A DNA stretch of 64,000 nucleotides from Elusimicrobiota bacterium. Its GTDB lineage: Bacteria > Elusimicrobiota > Elusimicrobia > UBA1565 > UBA9628. The translations under genes were made by a program, and so were the position numbers. Shown one piece after another: positions 1 through 9,773 of this stretch. A model generated the notes under the pieces. The model was given only the letters and a program-made list of their open reading frames with translations, was not told the origin of the DNA and did not search any database. Every line of letters begins with the position of its first letter. The first letter of the stretch is position 1. The DNA is taken from the NCBI GenBank assembly GCA_036676805.1, contig JAKFCD010000004.1, positions 17,687-81,686 of the forward strand, written 5' to 3'.

Positions 1-585
1 GTCGGCGCCCAAGGCCAGCGGGCGCTGGAGGGCGGGGCTGGCGAAGGTGTTGTCCACGACGAGCTTGGCCTTTTTCGCGCGGGCCAGCTTGGCGACGGCG
101 CGGATGTCCGTGATCTTCAACAGCGGATTGGACGGGGTCTCGATCCAGACCAGCTTCGTTTTATCGATGAACGCGGACTCGACGGCATTTAAATCGGTCG
201 TGTCGACGAATGTAAAGGTCACCCCGAAGCGGGCGAAGACTTTCGTGAATACTCGATACGTTCCGCCGTACAAGTCGTTTCCGCAGACCACGTGGTCGCC
301 GGAAGAGAGCGCCTCGATGACCGTGGACGTCGCCGCCATACCCGACGCGAAGCATAACCCGAAGGCGGCCCCTTCCAACGACGCTAAATTTTTCTGCAGG
401 GCCTCTCTGGTGGGATGAACGGTCCTGGCGTAGTCGAAGCCCTTGTGCTTTTCCGGAGCTTCCTGCACGTACGTCGACGTCAAATAAACCGGAGTCATGA
501 TCGCGCCCGTCGCGGGATCGGGGGATTGTCCGGCGTGGACGGCGCGGGTGGAGAAGCCGAGATCTTTGTCGTCGGAGGAGCTCAT
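1..585 (-). CDS. Cys/Met-metabolism PLP-dependent enzyme (cystathionine gamma-synthase/gamma-lyase family). Only the N-terminal part is present; the 3' end runs off the window.
   Basis: Reverse-strand translation from the ATG at 585 reads MSSSDDKDLGFSTRAVHAGQSPDPATGAIMTPVYLTSTYVQEAPEKHKGFDYARTVHPTREALQ..., the typical N-terminus of MetB/MetC/CGL enzymes. The six-frame track misses it because the ORF is cut by the window edge. The + ORF at 47..418 is its antisense shadow. Confidence 0.75.
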   Translation of the reverse strand, partial: MSSSDDKDLGFSTRAVHAGQSPDPATGAIMTPVYLTSTYVQEAPEKHKGFDYARTVHPTREALQKNLASLEGAAFGLCFASGMAATSTVIEALSSGDHVVCGNDLYGGTYRVFTKVFARFGVTFTFVDTTDLNAVESAFIDKTKLVWIETPSNPLLKITDIRAVAKLARAKKAKLVVDNTFASPALQRPLALGAD

Positions 586-598
586 GGGGCCGATTCTA

Positions 599-949
599 TC
601 AATTTGCGGGGACGAGCTCGATCTCGATGCCCGAGCCGCGTATGACGAACTCGCTCGACTCCGCCGGCACGAGCAGCAATGCGACCTCCCCTTCCGCCTC
701 GAGCGGCCAGGGGAGCGCCTCGTCGTACTTGTCCCCGTCGAGGACGAGACTGCCTCCGTCGAGCAGGACCGGGAAGTCGAGCTCCTCTCGCTCGGTGACG
801 CCGTCCTTGACGCGGATGACGGCATCGCGGTAGCGACCCGGCCCCTCCGGCTCGGGCACGAAGACCGCGCAGGCGAGCAGCATCTCGCCGTCCTCCTCCG
901 TCAGCGCGTCGATGGTGGCGGCGCGAAGCTCGAGCCGGCCTTTCATCAT
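599..949 (-). CDS. Hypothetical small acidic protein (116 aa)
   Basis: ORF of 116 aa fitted tightly between the PLP enzyme and the M32 peptidase. Its start overlaps the upstream stop (ATGA at 946-949). I recognise no domain. Confidence 0.45.
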   Translation of the reverse strand: MMKGRLELRAATIDALTEEDGEMLLACAVFVPEPEGPGRYRDAVIRVKDGVTEREELDFPVLLDGGSLVLDGDKYDEALPWPLEAEGEVALLLVPAESSEFVIRGSGIEIELVPAN

Positions 950-2448
950 AAGGAGTCTCCGGGCAGGCCGGCGAGGTCGCCGTACTTGCGGCTCATGTAG
1001 CGCAGATACGGCGCGGGGTCGATAGCCCGCCCGGTCGCCGCGGTCACGATCTCCTCGGCCGTGCCGGATCTGCCGCGGCGATGGACGTTCTCGACGAGCC
1101 AGGAGAGCAAGGACGGCGCGCCGCCGCGCTCGATCTCGTCAGCGATGCCCGGGCGCTCGGCGACCGCGGCCTCCCAGAGCTGCAGGGAGACCGCGTTGCC
1201 GATGGCGTAGGTCGGGAAGTAGCCGATGAGGCCCTCCGCCCAATGGACGTCCTGCAGGACGCCGCGGGCGTCGTCGGGCGGGACGACGCCGAGATAATCC
1301 TTCATTTTCGCGTTCCACGCCTCGGGCAGGTCGACGGCGCGCAGGCGTCCGGCCAGCAGATCGCGCTCGAGCTCGAAGCGCAGGATCACGTGCAGGCCGT
1401 AGGTCAGCTCGTCCGCCTCGACCCTGATGAAGGAGGCCTCCACGCGGTTGACGGCGCGGTAGAAGTCCTCGGGGCCGAGGCCGCGCGTCTGCGGAAACGC
1501 CTCGTGGTATCGCGGGGTCCAACGCTTCCAGAAGCCGCGGCTGCGGCCGACGACGTTCTCCCACAGGCGCGACTGGGACTCGTGCACGGCGCTGGTCGCT
1601 CCCCCGCCGAGAGGCGTTCCATCGAGTTCGGGGGCGACCCCCTGCTCATAGAGGCCGTGGCCGGCCTCGTGCAGGCAGGAGTAGAGGCTCGACAGCGGCA
1701 GGTCCTCGTGATAGCGCGCGGTGATGCGCACGTCGCCGCGCCCCAGGCCGCAGCAGAACGGATGGACCGCGATGTCGAGGCGGCCGCGGGTGAAATCGAA
1801 TCCCATTTCGCGCACGGCCAGCTCGCCGAGGCGGCGCTGGGCGTCGACGGGATAAAGCCCCGGCAGGGGCGGCGCGCCGACCCCCCGCGCCAGCACGCGC
1901 TTGGCCAGCGGGGCGAGGCCGGCGCGGATCGCCTCAAGCAGGCCCCCCGCCTGCGCCGTGGTCATGCCCGGCTCGAACTCCTGGAGCCAGGCGTCATAAA
2001 GGTCCCCCGACGGAGAAAGGGCCTCGGCCTGGCGGCGCTTGAGCTCGAACATCTTCTCGAGCGCCGGACGGAAGACGGCGAAGTCGCTCTTGGCCCGGGC
2101 CTCAACCCAGAGCCCGTGACTGAGCGCGGCGTGGCGGGCGAGCTCTTCGACGAGCGCGGCCGGCACCCGCCGCCGGCGCTCATGCTCGCGCCGAGCCCAG
2201 CGAAGCATCCCGGCCTCCACGGCGTCAGCGGGTTTCTCGGCCTCGGCGGCGTCGAGCAGGCGGGCGAAGTCCTCGCCGGCGATCACCGCGTGCATCGCGG
2301 AGCCGACCGCGGCGCCGGCCTCGGCCCTGGCGGTCCCGCCCTCCGGAGGCATCATGACCGCGTGATCCCAGGCGAGCAGGCCGTCGGCGCTGCTCAGCGC
2401 CTTGAACGAACGCAGGCGGTCAAGAAGGGCGCGATAAGCCGGGGTCAT
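946..2448 (-). CDS. M32 family carboxypeptidase (carboxypeptidase Taq-like)
   Basis: 500 aa. It carries the HEAGH zinc motif (HEAGHGLYEQG), the HPFC motif and the ...TYAIGN... C-terminal region typical of the M32 family. Confidence 0.9.
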   Translation of the reverse strand: MTPAYRALLDRLRSFKALSSADGLLAWDHAVMMPPEGGTARAEAGAAVGSAMHAVIAGEDFARLLDAAEAEKPADAVEAGMLRWARREHERRRRVPAALVEELARHAALSHGLWVEARAKSDFAVFRPALEKMFELKRRQAEALSPSGDLYDAWLQEFEPGMTTAQAGGLLEAIRAGLAPLAKRVLARGVGAPPLPGLYPVDAQRRLGELAVREMGFDFTRGRLDIAVHPFCCGLGRGDVRITARYHEDLPLSSLYSCLHEAGHGLYEQGVAPELDGTPLGGGATSAVHESQSRLWENVVGRSRGFWKRWTPRYHEAFPQTRGLGPEDFYRAVNRVEASFIRVEADELTYGLHVILRFELERDLLAGRLRAVDLPEAWNAKMKDYLGVVPPDDARGVLQDVHWAEGLIGYFPTYAIGNAVSLQLWEAAVAERPGIADEIERGGAPSLLSWLVENVHRRGRSGTAEEIVTAATGRAIDPAPYLRYMSRKYGDLAGLPGDSL

Positions 2449-2454
2449 CCGCGC

Positions 2455-3513
2455 TTACGCCGGGTCGGCGAGCGACTCGGAGAGCACGCGCTCGACGTCC
2501 TTCGTCTGCGGCTGGATGAAGTACTCGAGGTTGGGCGACAGCGCGATCCCCGGCGTGGCCTTTCCGGCGAGCAGGCGCGGGCGGACCTTGAGCTCGTAGA
2601 AGCACTCGTCGACCAGTCGGCGGATCAGGTGCTCGGCGAAATTGGTGATCTCGGTCTCCTCGTTGACGAAGACGACCCGGCCCGTCTTCTTGACCGAGGC
2701 CTTGATCGCGTCCCAGTCGTAAGGGATCAGGGAGCGAAGGTCGAGCACCTCGACGGAGCCCTTCCCCTCGGCCTTGAAGCGCCGCGCGACGTCGAGGCAG
2801 ATCGGAGCCATGCGGCCGTGCGTGACGACGGTCGCGTCGGTCCCGGGCTGGGTGATCTTCGCCTTGCCGATCTCCACCGTGTAGTCGGTCAGCTTCGGCC
2901 AAGTCGCCTTCCACTTCGTGCGGTCGCCGAGCGGGGCGTCGATCATGCCGTGCAGGAGCTTCTCGTCGGCGGGCTCGCCGGGGATGAGCTCCTCGCCCTT
3001 GGAGCGCAGCAGCGCCTTGGGCTTGAGATAGAGGACCGGGTCGTCGCTCTTGATCGCCGCGATCATCAGCCCGTACGCGTCGATCGGGGTCGAGGGGCAG
3101 ACGACTTTCATGCCGTGGAGCTTCGAGGCGACGGAGTCGAACGAATGGGAATGGTACATGCTGCCGTGGATGCCCGAGCCGGTGGGCGTCATCACGACGA
3201 GCGGCGTTTTGTAGCGCCCGCCCGAGGCCCAGTGGCCGTTGGCGGCGAGCTTGAGCATATCGATCGCGTTGAAGATGTAGTCGACGAACTGAATCTCGGC
3301 GACGGGCCTGCCCCCGGCCCAGGCCAGGCCGAGCGCGGCTCCCATGATGCCGCGTTCATCGAGCGGGGAGTTCCACGCGCGCTCGAGGCCCTGGGTCGCG
3401 GTGAACACGCCGCCCAACGGGGCGCCGACGTCCTCGCCGAATATCTCGGTGACGCCGAGGTTCTCCTCGCCGTAGTGGAGGGCCATGCGAATAGCCTGCG
3501 CCATGTTGGCCAT
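2455..3513 (-). CDS. 2-oxoacid dehydrogenase E1 component beta subunit (transketolase-like, TPP-dependent)
   Basis: 352 aa. It has the pyrimidine-binding and transketolase C-terminal-like domains, for example GIMGAALGLAWAGGRPVAEIQF and the ...VVTHG... region. It lies directly downstream of the E1 alpha gene. Confidence 0.9.
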   Translation of the reverse strand: MANMAQAIRMALHYGEENLGVTEIFGEDVGAPLGGVFTATQGLERAWNSPLDERGIMGAALGLAWAGGRPVAEIQFVDYIFNAIDMLKLAANGHWASGGRYKTPLVVMTPTGSGIHGSMYHSHSFDSVASKLHGMKVVCPSTPIDAYGLMIAAIKSDDPVLYLKPKALLRSKGEELIPGEPADEKLLHGMIDAPLGDRTKWKATWPKLTDYTVEIGKAKITQPGTDATVVTHGRMAPICLDVARRFKAEGKGSVEVLDLRSLIPYDWDAIKASVKKTGRVVFVNEETEITNFAEHLIRRLVDECFYELKVRPRLLAGKATPGIALSPNLEYFIQPQTKDVERVLSESLADPA

Positions 3514-3514
3514 G

Positions 3515-4609
3515 TCAGCTGCCTCCCTTGGTCGGATAGGACGGCGGAAGGCCGCCGGCGAACACGTCTTCCCAGATGGTGTCGAGCTCGGGGAAGGGCT
3601 CGGCCTTGACCTGCTTGTGCGCCTCGTCGAGCGCGGCCATCTCCCGGGCCCAGACCTTCTTGACGTCGTCGACCTTGACGATGCCGCACTTGACCAGGTT
3701 GTCCTCGAGCACGGCGATGCAGTCCGTCTCGGGGATTCGGTTGGCGCCGGAGGACGAGGAGTGGCCGTACAGACGGCTGCACCTCGCCTCGAGAAGGTAG
3801 GGCTTGCGGTGCTTGCGGATGTAGGCGAAGGCCTCCTCGAGCGCGGCCCAGGAGTCGAGCAAGTCGTTGCCGTCGATGGTCCTGCCGGGCATGCCCGGGA
3901 ACACCTTCGCCCAGTCCGAGATATGCTTCTCGCCGTGCTGGGTAGCGGCCGCGGTCGAAATGCCCCAGCCGTTGTTGACGACGATGATCAGCATCGGAAG
4001 AGGGAGCGCGGGCCGGTTGGCCCAGACCAGGCAGGAGTGGAAGTCGCCTTCGGCCGTGCCGGCGTCGCCGCCGTTGACGATGGTGATCGCGTCGGTCTTC
4101 GCGCGGGCCTGCGCGATGCCCGTGCCGATCGCCGTCGCGTACTGCGTCTCGATCGTCGGCGAGACCGGGACCACGTTGAGCTCCGGGATCGCGTAGTGGT
4201 TGACGAAGTTGCGCCCCTTCGAATAAGGGTCCGTCCCGACCGAGCGCATCTGGCGCAGCGAGTCGATCGGCTGGGCGCCCATCGCGAGCACGATCGCGGC
4301 CGAGCGGTAATGGAGATGGAGGAAATCGTGCTCGACGCCGTGGCCCTTCTTGATCTGGAGCCCGAGGGGCACGTTGAAGGCCTCCTCGCCGGGGCCGCCG
4401 ATCCAGAAGAAGCCGTCGCCGCCCTTGCTCATCTTGATGAGGCGTTCCTCGAGCAGGCGGGCGCGCACCATCAATTCGTGGATCTTGAGCAGCTTGGCCG
4501 TCCCGAGCTTCTTGTAGGGATCGGCCGCGGCGGCGGCTTTGGAGGGCTTGGAGGCGGATTTGGCGGTGGGCATCGCGGGCATTCTAGGAAATCGGAAGCC
4601 CCCCGCCAA
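3515..4609 (-). CDS. 2-oxoacid dehydrogenase E1 component alpha subunit (TPP-binding)
   Basis: 364 aa. The TPP motif GDG...NN is present (NGGDAGTAEGDF...IIVVNNGWGIS) and the gene is paired with the E1 beta gene. No E2 or E3 gene is adjacent. Confidence 0.9.
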   Translation of the reverse strand: MAGGFRFPRMPAMPTAKSASKPSKAAAAADPYKKLGTAKLLKIHELMVRARLLEERLIKMSKGGDGFFWIGGPGEEAFNVPLGLQIKKGHGVEHDFLHLHYRSAAIVLAMGAQPIDSLRQMRSVGTDPYSKGRNFVNHYAIPELNVVPVSPTIETQYATAIGTGIAQARAKTDAITIVNGGDAGTAEGDFHSCLVWANRPALPLPMLIIVVNNGWGISTAAATQHGEKHISDWAKVFPGMPGRTIDGNDLLDSWAALEEAFAYIRKHRKPYLLEARCSRLYGHSSSSGANRIPETDCIAVLEDNLVKCGIVKVDDVKKVWAREMAALDEAHKQVKAEPFPELDTIWEDVFAGGLPPSYPTKGGS

Positions 4610-4637
4610 TAGGGACCGGGTATCGGGGGTATAACCG

Positions 4638-6125
4638 CTAATTCGCCGCGAGCTTGGCGGCCCGGTCGGACCCCTTCTTGGCGAGCTTGTGCGACGGGAA
4701 CTTGGAGACGACTTCCTTATAAAGCTCGATCGCCTTGGCGTTGTCCTTGACCGAGCTCTCGTAGACGCCGGCGGCGTCGTACAGGGCCTGAGGGGCCTCC
4801 CTGGCGCCCGCGTAGTCGTCTGAGATCTTGCGCAGCAATTCAGCCTGACGGCTGAATTCCTTTAAATCTCGGCGCGCGTAATCGGCCGCCTGCAGGAGCG
4901 CGTCGATGCCGTCCTGGCCGCCGTGCATGGAAGACAGGCGCATCAAGGTCTTGACCGCTTCGTCCGCGGAGCCCAGCCGGTCGCGCTGGAGCTTGGCGAT
5001 CGACTTGAGCGACTTCAGCGACGCAGGGGTCTTAGGGAACAGCTTCACGATGCGCTCGTGCATCTCGACGGCGAGCGCGTACTGGCGCAGCTTGTCGTCG
5101 AAGAGCCGCGCCGAGTTCTCGAGCGCGGCCTGGACCTCGGGCGCGTCCGGGTGCTTCTCGACGAGCTCCTGATAGGCGTCGATCGCCTTCCTCGGGTCGC
5201 GCAGGGCGCCGGCGTACAGGTCGCCGACGGCCATCCGCGCCTGAGCGAGGGCGGGGCTCCCGGGGAACAGCGCGAGCAGCTTGCGCCAGGACAGAAGCGC
5301 GGCGGCGGGCTTGTCGTTGGCGGCGTGAAGCCGCGCCAGCGCGGCCTGCAGCTTGTCGCCGTCCTTGTGGCCGGGGAAGCGCACGGTGAAGTCGCGGATC
5401 TCGGCGGCGACGGGCTCGTAGAGCGCGTCGGGCGCCCGCTCGGCGAGCCTGCGCCACAGCGCGGACAGGCGGTCGGCCTTGCCGGCCGTCTCGGGGAGCT
5501 TCACGAGCTCGCTCAAGATCGGGCGGTGGCGGCGCGAAGCCTTCTTGTCGACGATGGTCAGGTAGTCGGATTTCGCGCGCAGGCCGATCTTCGTCTCGGG
5601 ATATTCGTACAGGAGCCGCAGCAGGGCCGCGGTCGCGACCTGCCAATCGCCGTTCCTCTGGCGCAGGCCGGCCAGCAGAAGCATCGCCTCGGGCGCTTGA
5701 TCCGAGTCGGGGTGGCGGCGAGCGAAGAGGGCGAGCTCCTCCATCGCGGCCTCGGAGACCTTGGCCTCGGCGTCCTCGGCGGCGGCCTTGGCGAATGCGA
5801 ATTCCTCGTCGGCGCCGGGGGCCTTGGCCGCCGCGGGGACGGGCGCGGGCTCGGGCTTCGGCTCGGGTATCGGTTCCGGCTTGGGCGCCGCCGCCTGCGG
5901 CGGCGGGTCCTCTCGTTTGACGCCTTCGGCGGACTCCTCGTTCTTCGTTTCAAGCATCGAGGGGCGGGGAAGGGCGCCGCCTTCCTCCGCCGCGGCTTCG
6001 CCGGCGGGTGATTTCGCCGCCTCCCGGACCTCGGTCGGCGGCGGGACGAGCATCTCCTTGGGGGCTTCTTCCTGGGCGAAGGCCGGGGCGGCGCAGAGAA
6101 GCAGGAGCGGGAGGAAAAGTTTCAT
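4638..6125 (-). CDS. Secreted tetratricopeptide-repeat protein with a Pro/Ala-rich linker
   Basis: 495 aa. There is a signal peptide (MKLFLPLLLLCAAPAFAQEE), a PEPKPEPIPEP low-complexity stretch, and then multiple TPR-like helical repeats. Its start overlaps the CBS stop (TGATG). Confidence 0.7.
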   Translation of the reverse strand: MKLFLPLLLLCAAPAFAQEEAPKEMLVPPPTEVREAAKSPAGEAAAEEGGALPRPSMLETKNEESAEGVKREDPPPQAAAPKPEPIPEPKPEPAPVPAAAKAPGADEEFAFAKAAAEDAEAKVSEAAMEELALFARRHPDSDQAPEAMLLLAGLRQRNGDWQVATAALLRLLYEYPETKIGLRAKSDYLTIVDKKASRRHRPILSELVKLPETAGKADRLSALWRRLAERAPDALYEPVAAEIRDFTVRFPGHKDGDKLQAALARLHAANDKPAAALLSWRKLLALFPGSPALAQARMAVGDLYAGALRDPRKAIDAYQELVEKHPDAPEVQAALENSARLFDDKLRQYALAVEMHERIVKLFPKTPASLKSLKSIAKLQRDRLGSADEAVKTLMRLSSMHGGQDGIDALLQAADYARRDLKEFSRQAELLRKISDDYAGAREAPQALYDAAGVYESSVKDNAKAIELYKEVVSKFPSHKLAKKGSDRAAKLAAN

Positions 6126-7510
6126 CAGCGAGCCTCCGAGGCGCGGGACACGGCGTTGACGACGTCGTATTTGGTCACGATGTCGTAGGCGGACTTGGCC
6201 GTCTTGACGAGGACGGCCGGCCGGTCGGGCGTGAAGTAGCGCAGAACGGACTCGACGCGCGCCTCGGGGGCGAGCACCGGCAGCGGCCCCGTCATCGCCT
6301 CGCGCACGATCATCTTCTTGATGTCGCGGCCCTTGAGCATGTGGCCGAGGACCTCATCCTCCATCACCGTGCCGACGACCTTGTCCTTCTCGAAAACGGG
6401 CAGTTGGGAGATGTCGAGCTTGCGCATCAGCGCCATCGCCGCGAACAGCTTGTCGGTCGGCTTGACGGTCGCGAGCTTGCCGGTCTTGCCGTGCTTGCGC
6501 TTGGCGGCGAGGATGTCGGCGACCTTCAAGTGGACTTCGCTCTCGAAGTACTGGTTCTCCTTCATCCACTCGTCGTTGTAGATCTTGGAGAGGTAGCGCA
6601 TGCCCGTGTCGGGCACGAGGATGACCATGAAGTCCTTTTCGCCGAGCTTCTTGGCGTACTCGAGGCCGGCCACCACCGCCGACCCGCCGGAGCCGCCGGT
6701 GAGAATGCCCTCCATCGTCGCGAGCCTGCGCGTCATCAGGAAGCAGTCCTTGTCGGGCGTGACGATCACGTCGTCGACGCACTTGAGGTCCATCGTGCCC
6801 GGAAAAAAGTCCTCGCCGATGCCTTCGACGACGTAGGGCTTGGCGACCCCGATCTTGTTGTTGACGATCTTGTCGTAGTACAGCGAGCCGACGGGGTCGG
6901 AGCCGATGATCTTGATCCGGGGGTTCTGCTCCTTGAGGTACTTGGCGACGCCGGAGACGGTGCCTCCGGTGCCCATGCCGGCGACGAAGTGCGTGATCTC
7001 CCCGTCGGTGTCGGCCCAGATCTCGGGGCCGGTCGTGCGGTAGTGCGCCTTCGGGTTCTCCATGTTCTCGTACTGGTTCGGATGGAACGCGCCGGGGATC
7101 TCGGCGGTCATTTTGTCGGCGACGGAGTAATAGGAGCGCGGATCCTCGGGCTCGACGGCGGTCGGGCAGACGATCACCTCGGCGCCGAGGGCCTTGAGCA
7201 GGTTGATCTTCTCGCGGGACTGCTTGTCGGTGATGGTGAAGATCAGCTTGTAGCCGCGAAGCGCCGCGACGAGAGCGAGCCCGATGCCGGTGTTGCCCGA
7301 CGTGCCCTCGACGATGGTGCCGCCGGGCTTGAGCAGGCCCTTGCGCTCGGCGTCGTCGATCATCGCCACGCCGATGCGGTCCTTGACGGAGCCGCCCGGG
7401 TTCATGAACTCGGCCTTCACGTAAATCCGGGGCTTGAGCCCCTTCGCGAGCCGGTTGAGGCGGATCAGCGGCGTGTTGCCGATGGCTTCGAGCACGTTTT
7501 CGTAGCGCAT
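6125..7510 (-). CDS. Cystathionine beta-synthase (PLP domain followed by two CBS domains)
   Basis: The true start is MRYENVLEAIGNTPLIRL at 7510. The Arg-rich N-terminal extension of the 814-aa track ORF is rejected as an artefact. The PLP-lysine motif SVKDR and a C-terminal CBS pair are present. Confidence 0.9.
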   Translation of the reverse strand: MRYENVLEAIGNTPLIRLNRLAKGLKPRIYVKAEFMNPGGSVKDRIGVAMIDDAERKGLLKPGGTIVEGTSGNTGIGLALVAALRGYKLIFTITDKQSREKINLLKALGAEVIVCPTAVEPEDPRSYYSVADKMTAEIPGAFHPNQYENMENPKAHYRTTGPEIWADTDGEITHFVAGMGTGGTVSGVAKYLKEQNPRIKIIGSDPVGSLYYDKIVNNKIGVAKPYVVEGIGEDFFPGTMDLKCVDDVIVTPDKDCFLMTRRLATMEGILTGGSGGSAVVAGLEYAKKLGEKDFMVILVPDTGMRYLSKIYNDEWMKENQYFESEVHLKVADILAAKRKHGKTGKLATVKPTDKLFAAMALMRKLDISQLPVFEKDKVVGTVMEDEVLGHMLKGRDIKKMIVREAMTGPLPVLAPEARVESVLRYFTPDRPAVLVKTAKSAYDIVTKYDVVNAVSRASEAR

Positions 7511-7524
7511 GATGGGCTCCTGAG

Positions 7525-8112
7525 CTAGACTTCCCGGCGTCCCGACAGGGCGAAGGACAAGGTGCGCTCGTCGAGGTAGTCGAGGTCGCCCCCCAGCGGC
7601 ACGCCGTGAGCGATGCGCGTGACCTTGACCGGGAAGGGCTTCAAAATTTGGGCGAGATAAAGGGCGGTCGCCTCGCCCTCGGTGTCGGGATCCGTGGCGA
7701 GCACGATCTCGCGCACGCCGCCGGCGCGCGCGCGCTCGACGAGCTCCTTGGCCTTGATGCGGTCGGGGCCGACGCCGTCGAGCGGCGACAGCGAGCCGTG
7801 GAGGACGTGGTAGAGGCCGTTGAAGGCGCGCGAGCGCTCGAGCGCGGCCAGGTCCTGGGTTTCCTCGACGACGCAGATGAGCCCGGAGTCGCGCGCGGGG
7901 TCGGAGCAGAGCCGGCAGATCTCCTTGTCCGTGAAGTCGAGGCAGCGCGCGCACAGGCGCACCCCGGCCTTCGCCTCGCGCAGCGCGTCGACGAGGCCCT
8001 CGACCTCGGTGCGCGGAGCGCGCAGGAGGTGGATCGCGAAGCGCTCGGCCTGCTTGGGCCCGACGCCCGGAAGGCGCTTGAGCGCCCCGATCAACTTTTC
8101 GAAGGACTTCAT
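7525..8112 (-). CDS. recR: Recombination protein RecR
   Basis: 195 aa. It has the HhH motif, a C4 zinc finger (CARCLDFTDKEICRLC) and a Toprim DPDTEGE motif. ATGA overlap with the dnaX stop. Confidence 0.9.
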   Translation of the reverse strand: MKSFEKLIGALKRLPGVGPKQAERFAIHLLRAPRTEVEGLVDALREAKAGVRLCARCLDFTDKEICRLCSDPARDSGLICVVEETQDLAALERSRAFNGLYHVLHGSLSPLDGVGPDRIKAKELVERARAGGVREIVLATDPDTEGEATALYLAQILKPFPVKVTRIAHGVPLGGDLDYLDERTLSFALSGRREV

Positions 8113-9773
8113 GGCTGCGGCTTTTTGACGATTCGCGCCTTGCCGCCGAACACGCCCTCGGCGTTCTTGAGGCCGCCGGTCCCGGCGCCGGGGGCGCCCT
8201 CGCCGATGTCCTTCCAGCGCGTGCCGGGCGGCGCGTCCGCGCCGACGGCGGGCTCGGGCATGCCGCGGTCGACGATGTCGCTGACCGGGGCGGAATCGGC
8301 CGCGCCGAGCGCGAGCTCGAGCGCGACCGGACGTCCGGCCAGGCTCCGCAGCGCCCCTTCCAGGATGGAGGCGGAGCGCTTGGCCATGTCGAGATCGAAC
8401 GCCTTGGGGAAGGTGATGCGGTAGCCGGCGCCGACGGCCTCGCCCTTGGCCCGCTCCAGGGCGGAGCCCAAAGTGATCTTCGTCTTCGAGACGGCCTCGA
8501 CGAGCGCGGGCCAGGATATGTCTGCGCTGGCGGCCGGAGCGGCGGCCGCCGGTTGCCGGCTGTCCTCAAGGATAGTCGCCGGGGCCGCGCGCGGCGACAG
8601 GGCCGGCGCGGGCGACAGGCCGCCGCCGCCGCCGCCGGCGGCGAGGCGCTTCTCGAGCGCCTCGAGACGCGCGACCCAGGCGCCGAGGTCGTGCGCCGCC
8701 TCGAGCGCGGAGAACAGGCCGAGCTCGAGCGCCAGGCGCGGGGAGTCGCCGTAGCGCAGCTCCTCGAGCGCGCGGTTGAGCCGGCGCAGGAGGAAGCCCA
8801 GGCCGTCGGCGGAGGCGCCCTCGAGCGCCTTCATCCACGGCGCGTCGACGGGCTCCCCGGCGCCGAGCTTGACGAGGTAGACGCCCTCGATCGCCGCGCG
8901 CAGGTCCTTGAGCAGCTGGGCGGGCTCGATGCCTTCTTCATAGATCTTCCCGAGCCAGCCCGCGAGCGCCTTGGGGTCGCGAGCGAGCAGGGCGGAGGCC
9001 ACCCCGATGAGCAGGTCCTGGGGCACGAAGCCGAACATCTCGCGCACCGACTCGACGGTGACCTTCCCTTCCCCCGCCGAGCGGCACTGGTCGAGCAGGC
9101 TGATCGCGTCGCGCAGGGAGCCCTCCGCGGCGCGCGCCAGCAGGGCCAGCGCCTCCGGCTCGACGGAGATCTTCTCCTTCTTGGCGATCCCCGACAGGTA
9201 CTCGGCCAACGGCTCCGGTCCCACCGGGCGGAACTTGAAGCGCTGGCAGCGCGAGGCGATCGTCGCGGGGACCTTGTGCGCCTCGGTCGTCGCGAGGATG
9301 AACACGACATGCGGCGGCGGCTCCTCGATGGTCTTGAGCAGGGCGTTGAACGCCGAGTTGGAGAGCATGTGCGTCTCGTCGATGATGAAGACCTTGCAGC
9401 GGTCGCGAGTCGGGGCGAGCGCCACGGTCTCGATGATCACCTCGCGGACGTCGTCGACGCCGGTGTGCGACGCGGCGTCCATCTCGAGCACGTCGAGGCT
9501 GGAGGATGAGGCGATCTCCCGGCACGAGACGCACTCGTCGCAGGGCGTCGGCGTCGGGCCCTTCTCGCAGTTGAGGGCCTTGGCGAGTATTCGCGCCGTG
9601 GTCGTCTTGCCGCAGCCGCGCGGACCGGTGAACAGGTAGGCGTGGTGGACGCGCTTGGTCGCCAGGGCGTTGGCGAGCGTCTGCGAGACGGCGGGCTGGC
9701 CGATGAGCTCCTCGAACCCCTGCGGGCGGTACTTGCGCGCGAAAACCTGGTGGGCCGCTTTGTCCTTGCTCAT
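8109..9773 (-). CDS. dnaX: DNA polymerase III subunit gamma/tau
   Basis: 554 aa. Walker A GPRGCGKTT, a zinc module CDECVSC and an SRC motif are present. It is followed immediately by recR, and no ybaB-like gene lies between them. Confidence 0.9.
   Translation of the reverse strand: MSKDKAAHQVFARKYRPQGFEELIGQPAVSQTLANALATKRVHHAYLFTGPRGCGKTTTARILAKALNCEKGPTPTPCDECVSCREIASSSSLDVLEMDAASHTGVDDVREVIIETVALAPTRDRCKVFIIDETHMLSNSAFNALLKTIEEPPPHVVFILATTEAHKVPATIASRCQRFKFRPVGPEPLAEYLSGIAKKEKISVEPEALALLARAAEGSLRDAISLLDQCRSAGEGKVTVESVREMFGFVPQDLLIGVASALLARDPKALAGWLGKIYEEGIEPAQLLKDLRAAIEGVYLVKLGAGEPVDAPWMKALEGASADGLGFLLRRLNRALEELRYGDSPRLALELGLFSALEAAHDLGAWVARLEALEKRLAAGGGGGGLSPAPALSPRAAPATILEDSRQPAAAAPAASADISWPALVEAVSKTKITLGSALERAKGEAVGAGYRITFPKAFDLDMAKRSASILEGALRSLAGRPVALELALGAADSAPVSDIVDRGMPEPAVGADAPPGTRWKDIGEGAPGAGTGGLKNAEGVFGGKARIVKKPQP

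Noticed and set aside
47-418. 123-aa + strand ORF at the window start
   Set aside because: It is the antisense shadow of the PLP-dependent trans-sulfuration enzyme encoded on the minus strand (MSSSDDKDLGFSTRAVHAGQ...).
1081-3609. 842-aa + strand ORF antisense to the M32 carboxypeptidase and E1 beta genes
   Set aside because: The translation is Arg/Ala/Gly/Pro-rich low complexity, typical of the non-coding frame in 70% GC DNA. The opposite strand carries unambiguous HEAGH peptidase and E1 beta homologues.
6125-8569. 814-aa minus-strand ORF spanning CBS and the region antisense to recR and dnaX
   Set aside because: Only the last 461 codons (from MRYENVLEAIGNTPLIRL at 7510) are CBS. The upstream 350 codons are Arg/Pro-rich nonsense overlapping the real recR and dnaX genes in another frame.
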